From Eledone cirrhosa (taxonomy: Eukaryota), in NCBI GenBank assembly GCA_964016885.1, contig OZ024740.1, forward strand, positions 177,816,001 to 177,880,000: a DNA stretch of 64,000 nucleotides. The letters are read 5' to 3'. Below the pieces are notes generated by a model. It had not been told where the DNA came from. It ran no database searches and worked only from the letters and a program-made list of their open reading frames with translations. Below, one piece after another: positions 1 to 14,230 of this stretch (positions within the stretch are counted from its first letter, which is position 1; every line of letters starts with the position of its first letter). Made by a program: the position numbers and the translations under genes.

Positions 1-794
1 AGTACACAAATTTTCGAAAAGATCGTCAGGGAAAATCTATCGTGAATTTCACGTGCGATGCATCTTTTTTTCTTTTCCATTTTGTAGCTTTTGATTGAGG
101 CACAAGGCCGCGTATTTCGGTAGAGTGAGTATAGGGTTTATAATCGATGAGGTCATCTTTACTACGGCATTTTACTTTACCTACATCAGAAAGAGAAATA
201 ATAAATCGATTTTGTCGAAATTTGAACATAAAATGTAAATAACGCAAGGGAATATATTTTTGTCGGTTATTGTATCAATTTCTCCGATATTTCCCTCACT
301 CCACCAATATTGGCCGCTCTAATAATAATAGTAACAATAACTATAGCGAAATGTTCTTGTAAAGACGCCAGCCAAATAATCAATTGTCCTACAGAGTGTT
401 CTGGTTAAGTCCTAACGCTCCAGTGAACAAGAAATAAGCACACGCGTTCCACCGAAGGTCAGCTAAGCAATGTATATAATGTATGCACCTAAACTACTAT
501 TGTCAAAAACTTGCTGTGCTTGTATGTATAACCAGTAGAGTTTTCTTTTTTATGTACAAGTTTCTTACCTCCTCCACCTCTTCTTTTATTATTATTATTA
601 AGACATTATTATTTTCTTCAATTTTTTTAAAATAAGAAAAGAAGAAATAGAAAACAACATGAAAACGTACAATCCTGAATACAACACAAGAGCTCTATTT
701 ATTTATTCTATTATACCTTGTTTAGTTTTATCCAGGTTTTACGTAAGTGTGGATACAAGTGCCTATGTGCTTATGTTTATACATAAGTGTATGA

Positions 795-878
<84 letters not shown>

Positions 879-1403
879 TTATGTATGTGTATGCGTGTGT
901 ATGTATATATATATATACATACATATAAATTTCTGAAAAGATTTCTTGACAAAGGTTTCAATTTGTATAAAAGAGAAGAATATAAGAATGGAAAATATAT
1001 ATAACTTTTTAAATAGGGTTTAGATGAAGGCATTTCATTCTACTATTTCTAGACGAAGTTCATACATGAAAAGAATATATATATATATATATATACATTA
1101 TATATATATATATGCGTGTGTGTGTGTGTCTGTGTGTGTCTGTGTGTATCTGTGTCTGTGTGTGTGTGTGTATATGTGTGTGTCTGTGTCTGTGTCTGTG
1201 TGCGTGTGTGTGTGTGTGTGTCTGCGTCTGTATTTATTTGTTTATTTATATAAACTTCTGAAGTCTTCCCGGCTCGACAAAGATTTCAATTTGTATTCAA
1301 GTCATATTGAAAATATAATGGCAGAAAGAAGAAAAGAAAAACTAGAATGAAAAATATATATAATTTCTTAGATTTACAATTTGAAGCGGTTCACGCAGTT
1401 ACT

Positions 1404-1935
1404 TCATGACTTTGCCTTATCAATGATACTCGAACATAGCACTATCATTTTACAAAATGTTGCAAGCGTACAAACTGGAGAATCATATTCCATAGGAAAA
1501 TTTAAGCATGCAATAATTAATTTAATATAATTACAATTTCTGTGTACGCTCGCTTCGATTCCTCGATAACTGGTCTGTGTACAAAGAACAATTTGTTTAT
1601 TCCATTCGTCAAAGAATTTTTTTTTTAATAAAGCGTCCACACAGAAGTTTTGATTTTTGTAACTTATCTGGCGCATTTTAAAAACTCTCTGGTTTGCATT
1701 TAACAATATAGAAGACAATTTCTGCTATTCATTTTTAAAGATTGATTTAGATATTTTGAAAATGTTGGCTACCTTGTAGTACCTACAATGCATAACTATA
1801 ATGTATGCCACCACCAGCCTAATTTGTTTCCTGTAAGCTGAAATGTACATCATGAATATACTGATGAAATTAACTTTTTTTTCATTGGCAAAACGTAAAC
1901 TCGCAAAAATTTTCATCAGATTTTCAATTTCATGC
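1404..1935 (-). other. possible exon pair or decayed reading frame of unknown product
   Basis: ORFs 1725-1916 and 1404-1718 share a frame; a GT(1772)..CAG(1722) 51-bp intron would remove the stop between them; no recognised homology. Confidence 0.2.
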
Positions 1936-4146
1936 TGCTAAAGAATCAATTTGGGTAATGTTATAGATTTTCTATAGGAAGGTAATTTTATTTTTTAAAA
2001 GTAGAAATTGCGCACAAAATATATTTTCGTAATATACATTCCTGAAAATGTATCTGTGCGAAATATATATTATCAAGAAAATTGTACAGAAACGAAAGTG
2101 AGAGGCACTAAACTGTAAGTAAATCACTTATAGTTTATTTACATTTAGTAAGCAAAAATACGGCGAGCTAAAGCCATAAATATTTAGTTTAGTTGAGACT
2201 GATATAAAAGTCACAAAATCTCTTTCTTCCTTAACTTTGAATATATTTCTATATTAAGATCATATCAAAATTCTTATTCTGCTTTGTAAAAAGTGAAAGT
2301 AAATAACCGATAAAACTGAAAGTTGAGAAATGTATGTGACGTAACGGCATTAGGTATCATTTATTAAAAGCAACAAAATGTATTTAACTAACATTTAAGT
2401 TATACATTTTGAAAGTAGTGAAACAAAATCATTTAGGATTTTAAAGATTTTTCTTAATAGTTCAAGAAAAATTTGGTATCCCGCGACGCAAGAAATACGT
2501 TTTCGTCCATCCTTCTACTAAGAAGGATGGACGAAAACGTATTTCTTCATTTTTTGAGAGCTCGTGAAAATGAGCTTGCTGTAATCTAAAAAACCTTATT
2601 ACATACACAAAAATTAATTAGGTTCGAAACATGAAACACCAGTACCAGAAAACAACACATCACAATAATTGTACATTCGTATAACGCGTGTAAGAAGTTA
2701 AAACGCTTTGACACTAATTCTTCATCAGAACATAGGACACAGGGAGAAGAGAGGATGTTTCCGAAAGAGAAGTCTATATAATACAGAGGAGAAATATGAA
2801 AAAGGAAAACTGATTAAAAAGTGAAGAGAAAAACACGTTTAGTTGCTAGTCAGTCATCTTAAAACAAAAACAAAAACGGGAAAACAAACACATCAAAGTT
2901 CTTGTATATGAAATCATATAAATAAGTTCGAAATGCATTAAAAGAAGCGAGAATGCATAATTCGTTTCAGGTGGAATAAGCTGTTGTAATACGAACCAGT
3001 AACACTGAATTTACTGCTGGTACTACAATTAAGATATTATCTTCTTCAACAACCTCTTCCATTTCCATAGGAAGTTAGTGGTTGTCTGCAATATAGGCAA
3101 TGTGAACTTAATGCTTTTGCTATTGGTTGTTTTATCCAGGGCAAGTTCAACGGCTGCATTAAAATCAAACTTAAATCTGTATAGTCTTCGCAAAGCTCAT
3201 TCAACACGATAAGGCTTTATAGCTTGTTTTTCATAATTCAAAAAGGTGGTCCATGGTGTCTTCGATACGATAGACTGTTTGCCACAAATGAAATATTTAA
3301 TGGGAACGTGACACTACGTGACTCATATAACTGCTATCAGGTACAAACAAATCTTTCTCAAATCACACTCTACTGTGCCTTTAGAAAACATGTAAACATT
3401 TGCTAATGTGCTTCTAGGTACATCATGTCAAACAAGACAAGAAAATGGTGTGGCTATCACAGGGGAATCTTTAAAAATTGGCTTTTGTTTTAAAATTTAG
3501 TCAGAGGCCAAAGAACAGAGCACATAGCCCTATTCAAGGTTCCCAAAACCGGTGAGAAGAAGATATTCTCGAGGGTCATGGTCTGCATCATTGTAACTGA
3601 GTGAGCTTCAATAAAGGCAGCCGAAGACCAGATGGAAAGATTGAAACTGGGCATTAGAGTAAAACTACCACCAAATTAAGCCAGAGGGGGATTTGAACTC
3701 AGAACGCCCCCCCCCCCCCCCCCCCGCCCAAGATGGAACAAATTACACAAGAAATCTTGTCCTACTCTCAACAGCCCACCATCTTGGTCTGATACAGTTT
3801 TACAGGCTCCGAAGTGTTGAAATACAAAGCTGACCCCGGCGAGATTTAATCTCAGAACACTGATAGCCGGAACAAATATCGTGAAGCATTTTTCCTATTC
3901 TGTAATGACTCTGAAATTTGCTTAACAGAAATTGCACAGCGGCAACTGAAGAGAGAGTAGTAATATTTTTTCAATGTCTTGTTGCACATTAGACAACATT
4001 ACATGGAATAAACGGCAGAGTGTCAAACATAAATCTGTTGCAGTAATTCAATCAGTTTTTCTTTTATCGTTCTCTGTTGATATAATATAGTAATCCCCTT
4101 TGACATTTTTTCTTCCTAGAGTTTTTTTTATCTTTGCAGATATAAT

Positions 4147-4690
4147 AATGGTTTCTTATATAGGCACAAGGCCAGCAGTTTTAAAGGAGGGGAAAGTCGA
4201 TTAAATTGACCCCAGTGTGTGACTGGTGCTTTATTTTATCGACCCCGTAAGGATGAAAGGCAAAGTTAACCTCAGCGGGATTTGAACTCAGAATAGCAAG
4301 GGCCGTAACTCTATGCGTCAAAGCATGGCGTCCAACCCTCTACCGATACTGCCAATCCACCGCCATCCTTTGCAGATATAATAATTGTTTCTACTTTTGG
4401 CACAAGGCCAGCAATTACCCAGTACATTACTGGTACTTTATTTTATCAACTCGGTAAGGATGAAAGGCAAAGTTAACCTCAGCGGGATTGCAGATATAAT
4501 AATTGTTTCTATTTTTTGGCACAAGGCCAGCAAATACCCAGTGTATTACTGGTACTTTATTTTATCGACCCCGTAAGGATGAAAGGCAAAGTTAACCTCG
4601 GCGGGATTTGAACTCATCATGGCAAGGGCCGTAACTCTATGCGTCAAAGCATGGCGTCCAACCCTCTACCGATACTGCCAATCCACCATA
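4147..4690 (-). mobile_element. cluster of three copies of an octopus-type SINE
   Basis: Recurrent ggcacaaggccagca...ctggtactttattttatcgaccccgtaaggatgaaaggcaaagttaacctc...ggatttgaactc; TTGCAGATATAATAAT repeated near 4135, 4370 and 4488 as TSD-like flanks. Confidence 0.8.
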
Positions 4691-5085
4691 ATAAGACTTT
4701 AGACTGGCATGAATCAGGACTTCATTTCTTTCGACCACGAAAGAATAAAAAATAAAGTTGAGCTCTGCGATATTTGAACTCAGTATACAGAGAGCCGGAA
4801 CAATTACCGCAAGGAATTTTGTCCGACGCTCTATCAACTCTGCTGATTCGCCACATAATTTAGGTGAGGGGTTTAATCGATCACAATATTAATGTAACGA
4901 AACATTAATCAATACTTATAAAAAAGTGTAATTAATATATGAAATGATATGGGTTTTAAAACGCAATGGTCAGTTATCTTTAACCACTAATGAAATCATA
5001 GTAGCACCATTGTAACATGCCGTTGTGGAATAGTGTGACGTGCCGTTGTGACATGCCGTTGTGACACGCCAGACTTCTCTAATTA

Positions 5086-6829
5086 CACCGTGTAACGAAA
5101 AAAGATTTGTTCTCTGTTCCTGGCTTGTAATCACTTTTTTTTAGTTGCTTAGGTCCCAAATAAATAATAAAAAAGTGCTATTAAACAGTTAAAAGTTTGG
5201 GTTTGTAAAAATTCTACGCTATTCGCTAGAATTATTTGTATGCTGGATTTTACGTTGTATGTAAGTTTAATTTGCTTATGTTAAATGATTTTTGTTATAT
5301 ATGTTTCAGGTTAAATTAAAATTATAAAATAAAGAGTAATACCTAAAGAAAATTATAAAAGTGCAATAAAGTATAAAATTGTTAAAAAGTGGATTAAAGA
5401 GATCTATTGATACTGGATTTTCGCGCCCTGAATAAAGGGTAAGTTGTGTTTTAAGCATTCGTCTCCAGGATGAAGCAGTGGAACTTGGTCAAGGAGGAAG
5501 TGCAGGTGACAAGTCAGAGAAGTCGACACGAACCTTTCTCAGGCTTTTACATGCTTAGGGATGGCCTCTGCTGATGCCATGACGTGCCTGGACTGTTTGA
5601 CATTATTGGGGTGCCGTTTGTGCCCAAGGAGTGGCGGCTATTTATAGACAGCTCCACCACAAGTTTGAAGGCTGTCCTCCTCCACAATGGAAACAAGTTC
5701 CCGACACTGCCCCTAGCTCATTCAGTCTGCCTGAAGGAAGATTACTACAGTATGAAAGTCCTCTTGGAAGCTCTGCAATACAACCAGTACAATTGGGAAA
5801 TCATTGGAGACTTCAAGATGGTGGCTTTTCTGCTTGGACTCCAAGGAGGCTTTATCAAATTCCAATGCTTCCTCTGCCTTTGGGACAGCAAAGCCACCTC
5901 TGACCACTACAAAAGAAAGAACTGGGAGCAGCGAACAGAATTTGTAGTTGGGACCCGGAACGTCATGTGAGAGCCACTGGTTGATCCCAGGATTGTGCTT
6001 ATGCCGCCACTGCACATTAAGTTGGGGTTGATGAAGCAGTTTGTGAAGGCTCTCAACCAAGAATCAGCCGCTTTTAAGTACCTTCTTGAGTTCTTCCTCA
6101 AGTTACCTGAGGCCAAAATCAAAGGTGGAATTGTTGTTGAACCTCAGGTAAAGAAGGTGTTTGAGTCTACCAAGTTCTCCAATAAGCTCAATAGGATTGA
6201 GAGAACAGCATGGAACTGTTTCAAGGCAGTTGTTAAGGGCTTCCTGGGCAACTACAGAGCTGAAAACTACCAGCAACTGGTGCAGGATCTGATAAAGGCT
6301 TTTGGCGCCATGGGATGCAGGATGTCGCTTAAACTCCATATGCTGGACGCTCACCTGGAAAAATTCAAGGACAATATGGGCGCCTACTCAGAAGAACAAG
6401 GCGAACGATTCCACCAAGATGTGAAAGAGATAGAGCGGAGGTACCAGGGCCACTACAATGAAAAAATGATGGGGACTATATCTGGGGGCTAGTGCGGGAA
6501 TGCGATCTGGACTACAACCGTAAATCCAGGAAATCCAGTCATTTCTGACGTGTATAAGTTGCTTTATAAGTGTTATTTGTTTTTACTTGTTTGCTTTTGA
6601 TAAGCTTGTGTAATAAAATAAATATATACTCTGTTGATTTAATTATATGAACTGATAAATTTTAAAAAAATGTGTTTTTTCTTGAAAAATATGAAAATTT
6701 CGAAATATCAAACTCCTGACCACAAACCCAAACTTCTAATTAAATAATAGTGTTGTTTGTATAATAATGGGATATAACAAACCAGGAAATGATACTTAGA
6801 ACCGGGGAACATATATATGTTACACGGTG
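5086..6829 (+). mobile_element. Chapaev3-like (CMC superfamily) DNA transposon, internally deleted
   Basis: TIR CACCGTGTAAC (5086) / GTTACACGGTG (ends 6829), with TTA TSD at 5083-5085 and 6830-6832. Confidence 0.85.
5460..6548 (+). pseudogene. Chapaev3-type transposase, disrupted by stops and a frameshift
   Basis: Motifs LFIDSS..SLKAVLLHNGN, GDFKMVAFLLGLQGG..CFLCLWDS, PPLHIKLGLMKQFVKAL, MSLKLHML..H, SEEQGERFHQD..RYQG in ORFs 5584-5970 and 5995-6492. Confidence 0.85.
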
Positions 6830-6849
6830 TTATCTGTTGCATGCCAAAT

Positions 6850-7170
6850 TTCTGATCTCCGCTAAGGATTTGCTTATTCTCTCTTTAATGTTGTCTGCCC
6901 ATATTTTTCTTTGTCCGCCTTCCTTTCTCTTCCCCTCCACAATTCTTTGATGAATGATCTTTTAAATGTCTCTGGATGTTGTTACGTGGAAATATCATCT
7001 CAGTAAGAAGATTTACGTGGGGTTCAATAGGATGTTGAATTGTTTTGCGGAACTGCTTGTTTGTGGTATGGTTTATGTATGAGATGCCTAACACTTTTCA
7101 GTCAAATCTTATTTCTAGTGTCTATATATTTCTCTGTATCTCTGCAGTGACGATCCATGTATTATAGCTT
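6850..7170 (-). mobile_element. RTE-clade LINE 3' fragment
   Basis: MLGISYINHTTNK-like post-RT segment, and a GA/K-R-rich C-terminal stretch typical of RTE ORF ends. Confidence 0.45.
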
Positions 7171-7369
7171 ATGATTACTTAATGTGAAATAGAAGGTATC
7201 GATGCGAACCACAGGCAGTGAATCTGTTGCTGGTACCAAGACTAAAATACGATAGACTGGAGAGGTATACTCAATATATTTGAAGCGTTGAGTTGTTCCT
7301 ATAATGTTGTAACTAAATAAATATATGCTAAAATGTTAAAGGTAAAAATCTAGCCTAAATCCGGAAGCT

Positions 7370-7595
7370 CATAAGGTCGATGATTACCCCGGTTTCATTG
7401 GCGTTGAGTCATTGAGAGTACAAGATTGAGAGTTATCGCAGAGCTTACCCCCAAGTGCTGTTTGTACTCATTTTCAGCTGAATAAACTGGGTTAATGTGA
7501 AATGAAATGTTTTGCTCAAGAACACAACGCACCACTCGATTCAGGAATCGAACCCACGATATTACGATCGTAAGTCCAATACCCTAATCTCTAGG
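7370..7595 (-). mobile_element. SINE (second family)
   Basis: tgtttgctcaagaacacaacgc...ggaatcgaacc..acgatcgtaagtccaataccctaa tRNA-like head in reverse; related copies at about 13880-14080, 20270-20530, 34503-34800 (+), 48850-49150 and 55670-55910. Confidence 0.6.
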
Positions 7596-8389
7596 CTTAA
7601 GATAATTCAAAATTAAGGATAATACCCAGAAACCATAGATTTTTGCCGCGGTAGAAAACATGAACCGTCGCCACTCGTGTGGACCTCTTATCCATTCAGC
7701 CATACCATTATATTATATTCATCTACACAACACTCGGTGCATCCTTTCATTAAAAAATTTCAGCTCCACCTCTGCACTGGGTATGATCTTACGTTACTAT
7801 GGGGTTCTATTTTACTTGTTTACAAACATTCTATATGTTAGTAAATGCAAATTTGTTTGTGTGCATAAACCACTCCCTCGTGTTTGAATTAAAACTGATT
7901 CTACAAGTTTGATGACTCAACACACACACGTTTAATAAATTAGTGAATGCAAGTTAGTGCATACAAAATAGAAATATTATATTAAGTTATATTATATTGT
8001 ATTAAAAAGTATTATGAACCGCGTAGGTGAATAACATTCAAAAGTGTGCTTTTGCTATAAAGAACTACGTAACTTGAATTGTAACTACAAATATAGTTGT
8101 GAATAAATCGAGCAAGATTTAAAAAGAAATTATGCATGTAAAATTTGAATACTATAAACACGAAAATAAAACGGAAAAATTTGGTGACAAGTTGTCAAGT
8201 CACCGTAGTGTCATGATTAACACAGTTGTCCGGTAAACCTCAAACACAAACTTGAATTTCCTTAGGTGGTTCGGTTCCCTTCTTTTTCTCTTTTTTCTAT
8301 GCTTTTCTAAATGTTTTATTTAAGCTTATCTAATAATAGCTGAGTTTAGGCGCCTGAAGACAAATGTCTTAACAAGATCAGCATGGTTG

Positions 8390-9000
8390 TTTGTTCTGTT
8401 CTGAATGATCCCAGAATTCACCCGGCCAGTTTTCTGCACATTGCTGATATCTTGGTGATATGCGCATGAAATGAAGTATCACCTTCCTGGGGTCTTACTC
8501 GTAGGTCACTTGCCGGTTGGTTTCACCCATCAAATCTGTTTAGCTATTTTTCCTGACTACATGCCCGTAATATCGGAGCTGTGATCTCTCAAATCGGAGA
8601 AGTAGCGTCTCTACCTGAAACGACTCTCCGAGCTACGGAAGAATCCCGTTTCGGCCGCTTGTATTCACGATCGTATTCTTTCCATCATTACCCAAGATTT
8701 ATGACCATAGGTAAGGTTTGGCACTAATACTGAATTGAAGTTAGCGAGTTTGGCTTTTACACCTCCCACCCTTCTTCTGATTACCGAATGCCAAAGCTGG
8801 CGCACTACTGCACCGTATCCCACAATTCTTGCAATTAATTCAGTCTTCTAACGCTCCTGAACACGACTCCGAGATACTTAGACGTCTCCACCTGCTGTTG
8901 TGGAAATCCACGCACATGTACAATGGACTGCACAGGTTTCCTTGAGAAGACAAGCGTCTCAGTTTTCAGAGCAATGATTTTCATTCCGAGTTTGCCTTTG
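8390..9000 (-). mobile_element. RTE-clade LINE RT/post-RT fragment
   Basis: Minus-strand translation gives QQVETSKYLGV and AKLANFNSVLVPNLTYGH, resembling the RTE motifs QVEKFKYLG and VPTLTYGHE. Confidence 0.65.
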
Positions 9001-9479
9001 TTGGTCCGGAGCTGCTTATTCGTCCGGCAAGAGACCGCTCATATAGCAACTAACCGTTATATATGGTGGCCGTATCGCCACCTACGACCTGTTTTCTAGC
9101 GGAACAGCTCTGCCGTTAAGTAAATCGTATTTAGTAAAAACAATGAAGGCAGGAGAGAGAAAGATAGAGAGATAGACAGACATCAGACGGGTAGCGATAT
9201 AGAGAAATAGAGAGAAATAGAAGGACGGAAATAGAGAGAAAAAATCAAAGAGAGAGCGAGAGAGGAGGGGGGGGTGACCAGACAAGCGAATATAACACAC
9301 AGACAGTAAATCGTATACAGAAAGGGAGATGGCGAGCGAAAAGAGACGAAGAATAAAAGGAGAGAAGTATAAAAAAAATATAAAGAGAGACAGGAAGACT
9401 AAAGCGATACAGGGAGACAGCGAGATAACAGATATACAGACATATTTAGACGACAATTTAGAGAGAGGGGAAGAAAGAT

Positions 9480-9531
<52 letters not shown>

Positions 9532-9691
9532 ACAGGGATAGACAAAACAGACATTCAGTGACATATTAGAGAGAGTAAGGTAGAGAGAGGAAGAGAGAGA
9601 GAAAGAGGGAGAGAGAGAGAGAGAGAGAGAGAATGACAGGATAGACAAAACAGGCATTCAGTGACATATTAGAGAGAGTAAGAGAAAGAGC

Positions 9692-9722
<31 letters not shown>

Positions 9723-9778
9723 AGGATAGACAAAACAGGCATTCAGTGACATATTAGAGAGAGTAAGGTAGAGAGAGG

Positions 9779-9815
<37 letters not shown>

Positions 9816-9861
9816 TGACAGGATAGACAAAACAGGCATTCAGTGACATATTAGAGAGAGT

Positions 9862-9926
<65 letters not shown>

Positions 9927-10027
9927 AGGATAGACAAAACAGACATTCAGTGACATATTAGGGAGAGTAAGGTAGAGAGAGAGAGGCAGGCAGAGAGAGA
10001 GAGAAAGTCAGTGACATACTAGAGAGA

Positions 10028-10100
<73 letters not shown>
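9480..10100. repeat. compound (GA)n minisatellite with about 5 copies of a ~50-bp core
   Basis: gacaggatagacaaaacaggcattcagtgacatattagagagagtaag repeated and separated by (GA)n of variable length. Confidence 0.9.
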
Positions 10101-10502
10101 ACAGACAGGCAGGCAGGCAATCAGACAGACAGACAGACACACAGACACACAGACAGACTGACAATCAGTCAGACAGAGACATTCGGAACAGCAGCAGGTT
10201 AGACCAACATTGATGCTATACAAAGCTGAATATTCACTTGACGTCTGCACATGAAGTCTAATTCCCAGCCAATACAATAATACACCCCTGTGTTCACCGA
10301 ACACGCATTATATCATTATTGGCTCGTGTCAAAAGTCACAATTATTATTTATCTATTCATTTATTCATTTGTTATTATTATTGATATTATTATTACTATT
10401 ATTATTATTATTGTTATCATTAACATCATCATCATCACCGTCATTGTTATAATTATCAATATTTACATAATTGTTATTAATATTTGTAGCTGTATTCAGG
10501 TT

Positions 10503-10931
<429 letters not shown>

Positions 10932-11281
10932 ATACACATATGAATCTCAATATATAACACTATAACAATATTGGTTACAACACAGTTTCACTCACATACA
11001 TACACACAGTCATATATATGCTCTGTCTTTTCCCTCCAAAAAATGGCTGACTGCACCACACGTGCTTTTTCTCAAAAAAATATGTTTTCCTTTTCTTTTT
11101 TTTCTCATTATCTTTTTATTTCACCTTTTATTTTTCATTCGATCGTATAATGAAGGACTAGTATCAGAAACGTAAAGACACTTTTCCTATTATATCAAGC
11201 GTTAAACTAATACATTTCTTCATTGTATTTGTTGCTTCCGTATGCGCACGCACACACACACACAACACACACACACACACA

Positions 11282-11354
<73 letters not shown>

Positions 11355-11984
11355 GAGAGAGGGAGAGAGAAACTAGAGGAAATCAATAAAGACAGGACAA
11401 GAAAACGAACGAAAACAAGACATAACGAAAGGGGAAACCTTAAAAAATTATTTTTTGAAAATAAAAAATACAAACGAAAGACACAGAACTCTACGGTCAT
11501 CGGCCCGTTGAGATGGACTTTGACAGTTTCGACCTCTACCAACGGTACTGCTAGTCCACCCAAGGTCACACCCTCTGACACAAGTCAAAGCGCTGTTTTA
11601 TGGTATTAGAGATGAGACAAAACATCAACTTATAGCAATTAAGCTATGACAAGTAGAATTTCCTGTGACGACAAGGAAAAGTTATTGTGCCTTACATAGC
11701 ATGAAACTCTCATGGGTGAAACAAAGGAAAGAAGAAAAAGGAAGAATAATAAGAAAGCAATATATCGTGTTAAAAAATGGGAGCCATTGAAATTAATGGA
11801 GGAAGAAGAGATTTGTCATAGGTTAGAAATGGTAAACTTAGGAAAATCAACAGAGGACAAAACAACGAACGAAAACAAGGCAAGACGAAAAGCAATTTTT
11901 TAAGGGAAAACCTTAAAGAAATATTTTTTGAAAATAAAATTACAAACGAAAGACACAGAGCCCCTATATATAAAGACACAGAAC

Positions 11985-12046
<62 letters not shown>

Positions 12047-12471
12047 TAGAGTAATCGAGTTTATTCCAATATGGAATGCATAGAGCAAACATAAAATTTG
12101 TTCATCTTTTGTTGTAAAGTCTACAATGTCCTACTTGGCGGGTATTTTGTACTTGAAAATATCAATGTTATAGCAGTGAATGGCAAACAAGAGCGCGCGC
12201 GCGTGTGTGTGTGGGTGTGTGCGTGGGTGTGCGCGCGCGCGCGTGTGTGGTGTGTGTTTGAAACTGTTTGTTGTAACCAATATTGTTATAGTGTCCTATT
12301 TGGGGAGAGTCATTTTGCGTATTACAAACACACGCATAGGTTTATTGTTATTTCCATTCTTTGTTGCAAACTACGTTAATCAGTTCGTAAAATATTTTTT
12401 CGTCATACTACTGTATCCTCATCGATGCTCCAGAGATTTACAAAACATAGGTATATCATAACACTATTCTA

Positions 12472-12680
12472 CAGGGTGTTCCTAAAGTCTGGACACACAG
12501 GAAATGTCACTATTTATAAAGACTATAATCTGTTTGCCCCTCAGATTATATATAAATATGTCGAATGAAGAAAGGATTGAACTGGTAGTTCTCAAGGGAC
12601 GTAACGTATTGTCATATCGAAAGATAGCGAATGTTTTTAATGCACGCCATCCCAGAAAGAACCCAGACTTTAGGGACACG
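12472..12680 (+). mobile_element. Tc1/mariner-type transposon 5' remnant
   Basis: TA+CAGGGTGTTCC terminus followed by an HTH-like start MSNEERIELVVLKG..SYRKIANVFNARHP. Confidence 0.6.
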
Positions 12681-13206
12681 ATGTATATAGATATTAGCTG
12701 TATTTCTCTCAGTGGGAAGATTAATATTATTCTATTTTGATAAAATCAATCAAAGGTTTTTAAAAAATAAGGTAAATTCTTTTTCTGTACCATAGAGAGA
12801 AAGAAACAGACAATTATTTACAATTATGACAACATATCCGCAGCAAAAATTGTTTTCCTTTGCATCACATAAAATACATGGTGGCAAATGAATGGTGTTA
12901 ATCGTGGTTATTAATTAACGCGAATAAATCACCAAAAAGCAGTATTTAAACCAATCGAGCACCTCGTCGAAAAAAGCTACCACATTTAGTTAGTAAAAAC
13001 TATTTCTTCCATAATTCCCCCCCCCCCCTCTCTCTATCTATCTATCTCTCACTTTCTCTCTCTCACGTCGTATATCGAAGTATGAGGGTTCAATAGATAT
13101 ACCACAACAGAAGTCCGATGAGCTTTTCATTCCAGAGTCGAGCCCATCACTGTCGAACCTTGTGCTAATTAATCGTGAAATGCGCGTCACATCTCAATAA
13201 ATGTAA

Positions 13207-13390
13207 TTGTTCCTACTATTGGCACAAGGCCAGCAATTCACCAGTACATTACTGGTACTTTTATCGACCCCGTAAGGATGAAAGGCAAAGTTAACCTCGG
13301 CGGGATTTGAACTCAGAATGGCAAGGGCCGTAATTCTATGCGTCAAAGCATGGCGTCCGACCCTCTACCGATACTGCCAATTCACCGCAT
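13207..13390 (-). mobile_element. SINE (same family as 4147-4690)
   Basis: Near-identical to the 4503-4690 copy. Confidence 0.8.
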
Positions 13391-13835
13391 TAACAACTCG
13401 TTATTGTTATTATGTTATATATATGAAAAAGAAGTTGAAAATGCAATTGGAGTCTGTAAGAACGTTAATTTACAATAATTTATCATAAATTATTGTAAAT
13501 AAATCTTCTTAAAGACTCCAATTACATTTTTAACTTCATTTTTCTATATTTTTTACCCGTGTGGGACATATTAAAAAAAATTACTTTCAAATATATATAT
13601 ATATATATATATAAGAAAATGAGGGTTTTTTTGTTGTTTTTTATTAAAAAAAACAAAAGAAAAAGAAAAAAAAACGAGATGTCCTTACACGGGTGAAAGT
13701 ATAAGGAAAAGAAATCGAAAATGCAACTGGAGTCATTAAAATATTTATTTATTTCCTTTGCGGTGAAAAGGAAACGGGTAAAGGAAATAAATAAATATTC
13801 TTAAAATTACTCCAGTTGCATTTTCAATTTCGTTT

Positions 13836-13879
<44 letters not shown>

Positions 13880-14230
13880 AGGATCGATCGACTTTCGTCA
13901 AATCGGACCGAGGAAACAATGTTTTCATCGGTCTTTCCAGTTGCTAATACTATCTATCGGTCGCAACTCCAGGTAGAAGGAGCAACATGAAATAAAGTGT
14001 CTTGCTCAAGGACATAACGCATCGCCCGGTCCAGGAATCGAACTCACAACCTCAAGATTGTGAATCCAATTCTCTAACATGATGTCTGCCCCCTCGTTAT
14101 CGAGTATGGCCATTGCACGATATACCATTATTAATAATTATTAATCAAATTCAATCGTGCATACATACATACATACATACATACATACATACATACATAC
14201 ATACATACATACATACATACATACATACAT

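Noticed and set aside
11490-11545. Type II hammerhead (GAAAC...CCGATGA on the minus strand)
   Set aside because: Stem II closing pair is not satisfied and the relative at 20000 lacks the core
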